A stretch of DNA of 63,395 nucleotides, filler included, from Octopus bimaculoides (taxonomy: Eukaryota): NCBI RefSeq assembly GCF_001194135.2. It is 5 parts of 5 records of this genome, joined end to end, with 100 filler letters (N's around TTAATTAATTAA, not from the genome) between each part and the next. Parts side by side here need not be neighbours in the genome. Positions count along the whole stretch, not along the records: positions 12,052 to 14,027 come from NW_026421805.1; positions 14,128 to 29,241 come from NC_068998.1; 3 more parts are not named here. The stretch is one strand, 5' to 3'. The position numbers and the translations under genes were made by a program. Positions 12,052 through 23,567 of the stretch are shown here, one piece after another. Numbering within the stretch: position 1 is the stretch's first letter; every line of letters begins with the position of its first letter. The notes under the pieces are model-generated. The model was not told where the DNA came from and searched no databases. It saw nothing but the letters and a program-made list of their open reading frames with translations.

Positions 12052-13171
12052 GTTGCGTTGCTCTTCCTTTACGAAAAAAACCCACCCTTTTATTATAAGT
12101 CACCTCTAAATCACATTGGACAATAATACACACTGAATCTTAAATGGGCAAATAAATAAAATATATGTAAAATGAGGAGGAGATTGTTTCCTCCACCGCC
12201 ACCACCACCAACAACAACTGCGACTACAGTAATGACTATTGTGACGTTTACACAATCTGCATTTCCGAATTTATACCTGTCGTCTGCTATTTTCAACGTC
12301 GTTATTTCAATATGGCGCTTAAATATATTGGCCGAGAAACATATTGTTTCATTATTTATTATTGCTATTAAGTAGGGGGAGGTGGCAGAATTGTTAACAC
12401 ACCGGTTAAAATGCTTACCGGCATTTTACGTTCCGAGTTCAAATTTCGCCGAAGTCAACTTTCTCATTTATTCCTTTCGGAATCGAATAAATAAATTACC
12501 AGTCAAGNNNNNNNNNNNNNNNNNNNNNNNNNNNNNNNNNNNNNNNNNNNNNNNNNNNNNNNNNNNNNNNNNNNNNNNNNNNNNNNNNNNNNNNNNNNNN
12601 NNNNNNNNNNNNNNNNNNNNNNNNNNNNNNNNNNNNNNNNNNNNNNNNNNNNNNNNNNNNNNNNNNNNNNNNNNNNNNNNNNNNNNNNNNNNNNNNNNNN
12701 NNNNNNNNNNNNNNNNNNNNNNNNNNNNNNNNNNNNNNNNNNNNNNNNNNNNNNNNNNNNNNNNNNNNNNNNNNNNNNNNNNNNNNNNNNNNNNNNNNNA
12801 TTACCACCACAACCATCACCACCAACCACCACCACCACCACCACCACTACAACTATCAACAACAACACCATCATCAGCGTTTACCAAAACTAGCACTAGT
12901 TCCATTTTTACAACCACCACCACCACCACCATCGCCACAACCACTACAGCCACCACCACCACTAATTATACTAGCAGACGTCCCCACAGTACCCAGCCGT
13001 TGTTAAAAATTCTCTGTTCTATTGTTCTTCAGCCTCGTTCTGAGAGCAATAATAGAGTTTTAAGTCTAAGGTAATGACCGGAAGTTGACACCCGTTCATT
13101 GTGTAGGTCAGCCATGATGAAGGCGTGCAATTGGACAAGGACAAATGTCCAAAGAGAGAGACAGAAGAAGA

Positions 13172-13210
<39 letters not shown>

Positions 13211-13358
13211 GGACGATACTATATTACGACTACCTGCCCATTTAGCTCTGCCTGCTTGTCTCTCTGTCTATCTGTCTCTCTGCCTATCGATCTCTCTGTC
13301 TCATTCTCTGACTATCTAAATTCCTGTCTGTATATCCATCCATCCATCCATCTGTCTG

Positions 13359-13421
<63 letters not shown>

Positions 13422-13535
13422 CACTGTATGTATGTATGTATGTATGTATGTATGTATATGTGCAGATTTGTATGGTTTGCTTTATGTATGTCTTCTCATG
13501 TATATAGTTGCATATCTAGATATGCTCATATATTC

Positions 13536-13780
13536 TTAAATGATAAACTTCCGGAAAGTTTCACAGATTTTTACAGTTCCAGCGATGGTTTCGATCTGTA
13601 GTCTTCGAATTAGCTTTCCCCGTTCTGGTTTTGCTAAGCCTAATTTCTGAAGGTTGGTATTTAGGCAGTTTGTTGCATATCCCAGTGCCCCAGTAATTAC
13701 AGGTATAAAAGTTGATCTTGTAATCCAGGTAGAGTAGATGTTGATTTCTCAATAGTTCGACGTAGGTATTTTTTTTTTTC
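13536..13780 (-). mobile_element. R4/Dong-like non-LTR retrotransposon 3' coding end (frameshifted)
   Basis: KKNTYVELLRNQHLLYLDYKINF, then a frameshift to FIPVITGALGYATNCLNTNLQKLGLAKPERGKLIRRLQIETIAGTVKICETFRKFII*, typical of the C-terminus of RLE-type elements. Confidence 0.7.
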
Positions 13781-13995
13781 GCTGGTATGTATGTACATGT
13801 GTGTGTTTCTATGTATGTATGTATGTATGTATGTATGTGTATAATACGATGTTGGTAAGTGTAATATAAGTATGTAAATGTGGCCATATGTGTATAAAAT
13901 TCCGTCTGTGTACCTAAGAATTCATTTTAGGTGTATGTCTACGCATGTGTATGGGTATGCATGTATGCAAACGTGTATAAGTTAACGTGTGTCTC

Positions 13996-14027
<32 letters not shown>

Positions 14028-14127
14028 NNNNNNNNNNNNNNNNNNNNNNNNNNNNNNNNNNNNNNNNNNNNTTAATTAATTAANNNNNNNNNNNNNNNNN
14101 NNNNNNNNNNNNNNNNNNNNNNNNNNN
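14028..14127. other. Artificial scaffold join (44 N + TTAATTAATTAA + 44 N)
   Basis: Linker at 14072-14083. Confidence 0.95.
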
Positions 14128-14313
14128 GTGACACGTAAAAGCACCTACTACACTCTCTGAGTGGTTGGCGTTAGGAAGGGCATCCAGCTGTAGAAACTCT
14201 GCGAAATTTAGATTGGAGCCTGGTGTTGCCATCCGGTTTCACCAGTCCTCAGTCAAATCGTCCAACCCATGCTAGCATGGAAAGCGGACGTTAAACGATG
14301 ATGATGATGATGA
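14128..14313 (+). mobile_element. RTE-type LINE 3' tail ending in (GAT)n
   Basis: About 97% identical (roughly 6 differences in 186 nt) to the reverse complement of 18200-18385, which lies on the same strand and just 3' of an RTE ORF2 fragment. Confidence 0.8.
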
Positions 14314-14411
14314 AGTAACAACTCTTCATTATAATTAATTTATGATATCAATAATTAAATATATGGATAAACGAATATTAAAAATGAACAGCATAAGAGC
14401 CATAGACTAAC

Positions 14412-14604
14412 CTTTCAATTTCAGGTGTGTGGGTGGTTGCATGTAATTGTATAAATCTGCAGTCGTATTTTTGTAAAGGATGCGGACAAAGTAGTTATTC
14501 TCTTGGTTTTGATGAAGTTCAAGAATCAATGTGGATGCATAAGGAGGCAGGACGTGGTTGAAGATCTTCATAGCATGACTCAAAGCCGCAACAGTCTTAT
14601 CATG
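14412..14604 (-). CDS. Acid phosphatase exon 9 (HDKTVAALSHAMKIFNHVLPPYAS...LKLK, carries the catalytic HD)
   Basis: ttccag acceptor, gttagt donor, 193 nt, phase 0-1. Confidence 0.93.
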
Positions 14605-17600
14605 CTGGAAAACAAGAGAGATCAAAAGGTAACATAGCTGCTACATAAAGGGGCAGATGGGGCCCCGTGGTAAGAAGTTTGCTTTCAAACCATGTGATTT
14701 CAGGTTTAGTCCCACTTCGTGGCACCTTGGGCAAGAGATGTTTTCTGCTTTAGCCCTGAGGCAATCAGAAGCCTTATGAGTGAACTTGCTAGATGGAAAC
14801 TGAAAGAAGCCTGTTGTATGAGCATACGCATGTGCATGTGTCTCCTTGTCTTGACATCGTGTGATAGTTGTGAAATGATTGTTACTATCATGCTGTCACC
14901 AACAGGTGAGTGTTGGTGACAGCAAGGGTACCCAACCAAAAAGAATCTGCATCAATATACTCTGTCCAACTGATGCAAACATACAAAAATGGATGTTAAA
15001 TGATGAAGAGAAATAAGAGGCAGTGGCTCAGGAGTTTCATTTGTTCATTGCATAAAATGCTTCACAAGTATTTAGTCCTTTATCATTCCAAGTCTTTGAT
15101 ATCTGTGGTACATGTGTGTTTTTGCATTTGCAACCCCTCCCACGACCACGAGATAACCAGTGGTGGCTTGTTTGTGTCTTTGTAGCTTAGTGGTTTGGCA
15201 AACAGAATGACAGAATAAGTACCAGACATTAAAAAATATAAGTAGTGGGGCACTGAGGTCAAGCTCTTCAGACAGCGCCCCAGCATGGCCACATTCCAAT
15301 GAGAAAAACGAGTAAAAGATAAGCGCTTAGCCCTTTAGTATTTAGACCGGCCAAATCCAGTCAAAATATTTGCCTGTTTTAGGTTCAAACTGGCTGGATC
15401 CAGCCTATCACACCTACCCTACAACATCATTAAAAAATTGGGTTCAGACTGGCTAGGTCTGGCCTATCACACCTACCCTACAATGTCATTCAAAAATAAT
15501 CCCATCATGGAAATCTGAAAGTTATGATATAATCACATGATTAATTCAAAACGATGTGAATAAATAAGGATTAAATTTGACAATTATTTATGAATGGTAA
15601 CGAGTTAAACGACAGAATTGGGTGAAACCCAATAAATTTGGTATTTAAAAGAAATTACTCACAGCTGAATACATGAAGAGTTTTGTCTTGAAATCTGGTT
15701 TTGAGTGGATTTTTTTCTGCATATTGTTCAACATTTTTTGCAGCAGAGGACCTGAAATTTATAGAAATAAAATATTTTGGTAAAAAGGTTTAATTTCAAA
15801 GTAAGTCATTGATGATTCCAAGACTGGTCCCAATTTAGAAGATGTGTGATTGAATCTCTTACTAAACCCCTTATCTTCTCTGTCATATTTTCCAGACCTG
15901 ATGAAATAAGTACCAATTAAGCATTAGGGCCAATGTAATACCCTTCCCCTCAAAATTTCAGGCCTTGAGCCTATAGTAGAAATTACCATTATTATGATTA
16001 TAGCAGTCAAGATGAACTTACCTCCTTTCAATCGAGCCATTTCAGGGGTTCCGAAGAGAAGTGTAAATGACAAGGTATTAAGATCAATGAGCTTATTGTA
16101 AACGGTTTCATTTAACCAGGATGGCTTACTGAAATTGTGATGACCCTGTAAAATGCAAAATAAAAACACCAACAGAAACAAATAAATATATAATAAAAAT
16201 CAAAATTCTTAAAATGTTGGAAACAGAAAAATCTACTTTCAGACATATTTTATAATAAATTTTTTTACCAATTCATCCTTAAACCAATTAATATTGTCAC
16301 ATGTGTTGTTCGTTTTGTTTGGTTTTTAACCCATTTTTTCTTTTTATCATATTTCTATTGAAACAGTGTTTTTGCTTCAAATTAATTTTTGAAAATAATT
16401 TAGTAAAATAACTTCATGACTAAAAGTGAAGAGAAAGTTCTAAATAGAATTGAAGAATTCTTCCATCCAAATAATGTTATTTACTAAATAATTGCAGGAA
16501 AGGATCAGAAAACAGATTCTTCAAGCTGAGCCCACTGACCGAAAATGTAGAGGTAGACGAAGAATGAGATGGTTGGATTATCTTCATGAGGATCTCTACT
16601 CCAAAGACCCTTCCAAGAATAGATGTTACCAAAAATATTTATGTCATGCTCCTAACAGTTCTGACTCACTGCATTAACCATGATAGCCTGCACTTGGCTA
16701 TGTATCCTGTATACAGAAGGAACCCTTGGGAAATTTTCCAGTATCATCATTTTATGTAGCCAAATCACTAAATAATTTTCATACCTTAATCAACAAAGTG
16801 TTTAAGTGATTTTATGGTCTTTATTTCACTGATAAAACCAAAATATGAATGGAGTCATCACCATAGCTATCAAAGATCACGACACACTTCTCCCTTTAGG
16901 CATAACTCTGTTTAATATCTGAACAATTAAAATTTCACAGTTCTCTCCCTTGCCCCATTTTGGGAACAATTTTTATTAGCACTAATGACTTCTTCTCAGT
17001 TCTTTATGCAGAAGGCAACCCATCAATAAAATCTTTCTATTTGGGCTTCGTTCAGTTTCTGTCTACAAAATTCATTTACAAGGATTTGGTTGGCTTATAG
17101 CAGGACTGAACCCCAAACCACAAGGCTTGAAGCAGACTTCTTAGCTACGTAGCCATGTCCTGCGTCTGGATAGATTTCATGAACTTCAGACAACTTTTTT
17201 TTTATCTTTTCCTTGTTTCAGTCATGACACTGTGTCCATGCTGGGGCAATGCCTTGGGAAATTTTTAGTTGAATGTATCGATCCCGGTACTTATTTTTTA
17301 AAAGCTTGGTAATAATTCCTCTGCTCTCTTTTGCCAAACTGCTAAGTTACAAAGATGTTAACACACCAACACTAGTTCTCAAGCAGCGGGGACAAACATA
17401 CACACAAAGACACATACACACATGTGTGCGAATATATATATATATATATATATATACCATCTACCACATCCATTCACAAGGCTTTGGTTGGCCCATGGCT
17501 TTAGTACAAGTCACTTGGTCGTCAAGGGGTCATGTAAGGTGACTGGTTGGTAGGCAAGCTCCTTACCAAACAGCCATGCCTGTGCCTGTTTCATATTTCA

Positions 17601-20600
17601 AGATGAAAACGTTGAGGAGAGTAGCCTGGTGGTTAGGCCATTGCACTCATGATTGTGAGATTGTGGTTTCAATTCTCAGGCAGGGCAAAACATTGTATTC
17701 TTAAGCAAGACATCACTTCACACTGCTCTAGTCCTCTCAACTGTAAATGAGTAAACCAGAAACAGACTGACATCCTGTTCAAAAGGAACTGGGTACCAGG
17801 CTGTATGAGCCCTAGAGATAGAGACTAAGACAGTAATGTGCAGGGGACTCACTACTCACTAATACTAAAACATTATGTAATTAAAAATATAATAATATAT
17901 TGTTGGGAAAAAAATTGAACTTACCTCGCAAATTAAAGTGTCAGCCAGCATCCAAACATAACTGATGTTTTCTTTGGGACCACCAGTGACCCGACTAAGA
18001 AACTCATAGAAGGGCTGCAAAGAAAATATCAAAACAGCCGTAAATGTACACATTCGAAAGAATTATTCCTTTATTACCAACGGAAGCAGTGTTAGTACCA
18101 AAAGGTAATCTTTATATCCAACTTAATGTGGATGTCATGTTTGAACGCTGAACACTGCATTATTAGTCTTGAGAGATCCTTTCACATAGACACATCATCA
18201 TCATCATCATCATCATCGTTTAACGTCCGCTTTCCATGCTAGCATGGGTTGGACGATTTGACTGAGGACTGGTGAAACCGGATGGCAACACCAGGCTCCA
18301 GTCTGATTTGGCAGAGTTTCTACAGCTGGATGCCCTTCCTAACGCCAACCACTCAGAGAGTGTAGTGGGTGCTTTTACATGTCACCCGCACGAAAACGGC
18401 CACGCTCGAAATGGTGTCTTTTATGTGCCACCCGCACAAGCNNNNNNNNNNNNNNNNNNNNNNNNNNNNNNNNNNNNNNNNNNNNNNNNNNNNNNNNNNN
18501 NNNNNNNNNNNNNNNNNNNNNNNNNNNNNNNNNNNNNNNNNNNNNNNNNNNNNNNNNNNNNNNNNNNNNNNNNNNNNNNNNNNNNNNNNNNNNNNNNNNN
18601 NNNNNNNNNNNNNNNNNNNNNNNNNNNNNNNNNNNNNNNNNNNNNNNNNNNNNNNNNNNNNNNNNNNNNNNNNNNNNNNNNNNNNNNNNNNNNNNNNNNN
18701 NNNNNNNNNNNNNNNNNNNNNNNNNNCCCTGGAATGATGGTGCATAAAGGCACTGGCACAAATCATAGCAGATGAGAATTGTCTGTTATGGGTGCTGGAA
18801 TTCCCTTATTATGAGATTTCCATCTACTGGATCTCATCAGTGGTGGGTATCCGATGACTGCATACCAGTCAAATTTCACTGCCATGTAGCATGGTTGTTC
18901 GTACGCATGCGTCATACAGTCTGCCTTTTACTCTGAGTGAGAGTCCCTTTGTCGCCAGCAGGGGTAAGAGCTCTCTAAACTTTGCCCAGGCTATTCTTAT
19001 TCTAGCAGCTACACTTTCAGCGCACCCACCCCCACTACTAACTTGGTCGCCCAGATAGCGGAAGCTATCGACTACCTCTAGTTTTTCACCCTGGAATGAT
19101 GGTGCATAAAGGCACTGGCACAAATCATAGCAGATGAGAATTGTCTGTTATGGGTGCTGGAATTCCCTTATTATGAGATTTCCATCTACTGGATCTCATC
19201 AGTGGTGGGTATCCGATGACTGCATACCAGTCAAATTTCACTGCCATGATATATAGAACGTCAGCATTGAAGTTTAAATTTGTGAAGAGTAAGTCTAAGG
19301 GAAGTAACTGAGGACAAAAGAAAATGTTAGATTAACAGTGAAAAACCACAGAAGTGTAAGTTGACCATATATTAGGTGCGCTGTATCCTTAAGCAAGACA
19401 CTTTATTTCACGTTGTTCCAGTCCAGTCAGCTGGCAGTAATGAGCTGTACCTGTAATTCAAAAGGGGCCAGCCTTGTCACACTCTGTGTCACTATGAATC
19501 TCCCTGAGAAGTATATGAAGGGGTAAGCATGTCTGTGGAGTGCTCAGCCACTTGCCACATTCATTTCACGAGCAGGCTGTTCCGTTGATCGGATCAACTG
19601 GAAAACTTGTCATCGTAACCTTGTGAGTGGATTTGGTAGATGGAAACTGAATGAAGCACATCGTATATATTTGTATGTGTGTGGATGTGTGTGTGTTTCT
19701 TCCCACCAGGCTTGACAACCAGTGTTGGTGTGCTTACATTCCCATAACTTAGCAGTTCGACAAAAGAGACTGATGGAATAAAGATTAGGGTTGAAAAAAA
19801 ATAAGCCCTGGGGCCAATTTGTTCAACAAGCATTCTTCAAGGCAGTGCTCCAGCATGGCCACAATTTAATGGCCGAAACAAATAAAAAATGTCTCCATAT
19901 TCTTTATTTCTAACAAAACAGTTTTTTTCTATAATTACTTCCCTTAGACTTCATCAGACTTTTCAAGTTCTTTCATTCTCCAGCTCTAAAGATTATGCTC
20001 ATGTAAATTTTGGGGTTGCTGCTCCCTTGACACCCAGGCCACATTCCTAGCACCCCCACCCCAATTACCAAAGACCGGTTTCTGAAGCAAATTTCAAAGC
20101 AACTGTATTTCACAAATGAATCTACCAAATTTACTCACAAGGCTTTGGTTGACCCAGGGCATTAGTAGAGGACATTTGTCCAAGGTGCCATGCAGTGGGA
20201 CTGAACCTGAGAATATATGGTCAGGAAACAATCTTCTTACCCACACAACCACACCTGCATTTAATACACCTGTGGGATGTATTGCAAAATATTCTGCGAC
20301 CATCGATAAAGGAATTGAAATAACAAATCTTCTTACTTTATTTTTCTTCTCTTCTTCCTTGATTGCGTGTGTTTTCAATTCCTGTTCCTTCAACTTGTCG
20401 TATCGGGGACAAGCCTTGGAAATCTGTAATATCTACAGATTAAGAAATAAAAAAGAAAAAAACCAAAACTGAAATTTTTTTTTAAATTCTGTAAGTTACT
20501 ACTGATATACAGATTCAGAAGTAAAAACCTTACTACTACTACCACCACCACCATTATCAATACAACTACAATTGCTCCTGGGAAAAGTCATTTAAATTTA

Positions 20601-21862
20601 TCAAGCCTCAGTCTACTAGGCTAACAAACAGTTGTCCTTCAGACCCAATAGAGGAGGCTTTACATGCCACTGGCCAATTTGAGTTACTTCCCTTAGCTCA
20701 TGTCTAAATTATGTAAATTACCTAGACCATAAATGTGTTCAACTCTTTGCATAAGTCTAAGTCTCTTGGCTCCTGCAGATAAAGTTGGGCAACTGTTGTC
20801 CTGATGACAGCTATTGAGGCAGAAACATGTGCCTTTAACTGTCCTCTTACCTCCAGACAGACTAAAAGACTTTTCCTTGATAGCATGTCAACTTTGGAGA
20901 ATTCTTGATTCTTAGGGTTATCTCCTCTTCTCACATGGATCTCATCTTAATTGCCATTTGATTACCATGACACATCTTCTACAGACAGAAATGATTTTTA
21001 ATAAATGAAGAATTTATGCTGTATGGTACTTGATATACTTGTATTTATCTATGTCATTGTTCAAATACATGCCACTAGTCACTCTGAATTATTCCTCTTC
21101 ACTCACCTTCATCTAAATAATGGTAAATCACAAACTTACATTATCCTCTTCGGTAGGAATCATACTGACAGGAATCGGTTGCCAACTGATGTTGGAATTC
21201 CAAATCTGTCCTCCTTCAGGCGGGTAGAGACCAGCAAGGTTAGAATACGCACTCATCAAACAGCGCTGCACGGCAGAACTCTGAGCGCTGATCTGCAACG
21301 GAAAGATGGGAAAAATATTTAGTGTCACAGACTGTTGCGAAAACATAATGAAGATATATTACAACAAGGTATTTAGTTTAACCATCATCACTGTTTAACA
21401 TCCACCTTTCATGCTTGCATGGGTTGGACAGAATTTTCTACAGCCAGATGCCCTGCCTGTAATATTTCTCTATGGCCAGACAAGTTTTTCTATGACCATA
21501 TGAGATCAAGACAAGAGTACATACACAGACACATACAAGTGTGTGTGTGTGTCCATGTGTGTGCTGGACGCTCCGGTCGTTAGATAATGGATGAGGGTTC
21601 GACAATTTCTTACCGAACAACTACACAGAATGATTTCTTTTATAGTGATCAAGTATTTGTGTTCACATACGCTCACTTCCTCCATCAAATCAACATTACC
21701 TGTACAGGTGTAGCAGGTGCCCAATGCCAGACAGCAAAATGATTGCAGAGCAATGTGAAATGAAGTGCTTTGCTCAAGAGCATAATGCAATGCCTGGTCT
21801 GGGAATTGAACCCATAACCCCACAATCGTGAGTGCAACACCTTAACCACTGAATCATGTGCC

Positions 21863-21904
<42 letters not shown>

Positions 21905-21991
21905 NNNNNNNNNNNNNNNNNNNNNNNNNNNNNNNNNNNNNNNNNNNNNNNNNNNNNNNNNNNNNNNNNNNNNNNNNNNNNNNNNNNNNNN

Positions 21992-22036
<45 letters not shown>

Positions 22037-23519
22037 TGATGGGCTTCTTTTAGTTTCCATCTGCTAAATCTCTTCTCAAGTTAATGATCAACCTGGGGCT
22101 ATTGTAGAAGATGTTTGCCTCAAGTGCCATGGAGTGGGACTGAACTCAAAACTACATGGTTGAGAAGCAAGCTTCTTAACTATACACTCATGCCTGTGCC
22201 AATTAGTATGACTCAATTAATTTCGAAACTAAAATACTCATTAATTTGGCAGAATTTAGTAAGTTAATTAATTTGTTAATAATCAGGCAGGTATTTGGAA
22301 AACAACAGTAAAACAAAAAAAAAATTCTTTTGCAATAATGGAATTTTTCAATTCAAACTTTTTTTTTTTTTTTACTATATTTTTGCTGAAATACGTTATC
22401 TTTGTTTCAGTTAATTTTGGAAATAATGAAGAACTTGATTAAAATAATTATCTTTATTTAGCTGGAACATAAATTAACACGAAATATTAACGGAAGGTTT
22501 TAATTTAGATCACAACAAAATACAAAGTTCATATCTATTCATAGAACCAACACCATACTCTGATGGTTTTGTATCAAAAGGGTTAAAAATGAACATTTTA
22601 AAAAATATTTCAAAAAAGAGATATTTTTTATGAAAGAAGTATTTTTGTTTTTAAGTGAATGTTTGTATGGAAATGTTTAAAATAATAAACAAATCAAGGT
22701 CATTCGTCTCATTGTTTGAAGAGAAGTCATATGATGCATGTATTGTATGATTGCTAAATATCATGACTGCTAAAGAGCATATGATTGCTAAATGTCTAAG
22801 ATGAGTGAAGACTATTTTAAGAATGATGTTGATAAGAACAAGAATACGCATTATAACACGTGGAACACAGAGAGAAATCGTAACAGAGAGAATGGGTGTT
22901 ACACAGAACACAGAAACAGAATGCGTAACACACAGAAGAGACCGAGGGCATAGAACGCATTGTTTGTAGAATACACAACATGCAGAACATAGCACACAGA
23001 ACACATAGCATGTAATATGTTGAATATGTAGACACACGGAACACAATAACACAAAATATGCAATGCTGGTGCAGCATAAAAAGCACCACATGAAAAGCAT
23101 TTGTGCTGGTGCCATAAAACAGCCCCTGTACAGGTGATATGTAAAAGGCAGCCATGCTGGAGTTATGTACCCAGTTAACTCAGTGAAATGCTTAGTGTTA
23201 GGAAAGGCATCTAAGTGTAGACGCTTTGCCAAAAAAAAAGACAATTGGAGTCTGGGTGCAGCTCTCCGGCTGGCCAGCTCCTGTCAAACCATCCAACCCA
23301 TACCAGCATGGAAAATGGACATCAAATGATGATGATGATGATGATGATCATCATCATACACAATAAGCTCCTTAGAGTTTTCTTCTGGGTCTCCTTTACC
23401 CGAATCTCTTAAACAAGGAAGACACTTGACCTCAATTGCTGTCCAGTGAGATCAAACCTGAAATGCTGTAGCTGGGACGGGAAGGCCTTAACCACTTAGC
23501 TTTGTGACTACGAAGTAAA

Positions 23520-23567
<48 letters not shown>

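Noticed and set aside
13000-13160. NCTPSSWLTY or CPCPI as an nAChR Cys-loop exon or the last phosphatase exon
   Set aside because: Motifs are incomplete, stops are nearby and there is no suitable acceptor.
20722-20990. Minus-strand ORF with ag/gt-like ends as phosphatase exon 5
   Set aside because: Stops in all frames after the acceptor; it looks like an old RTE-type remnant; the true exon 5 is 20337-20432.
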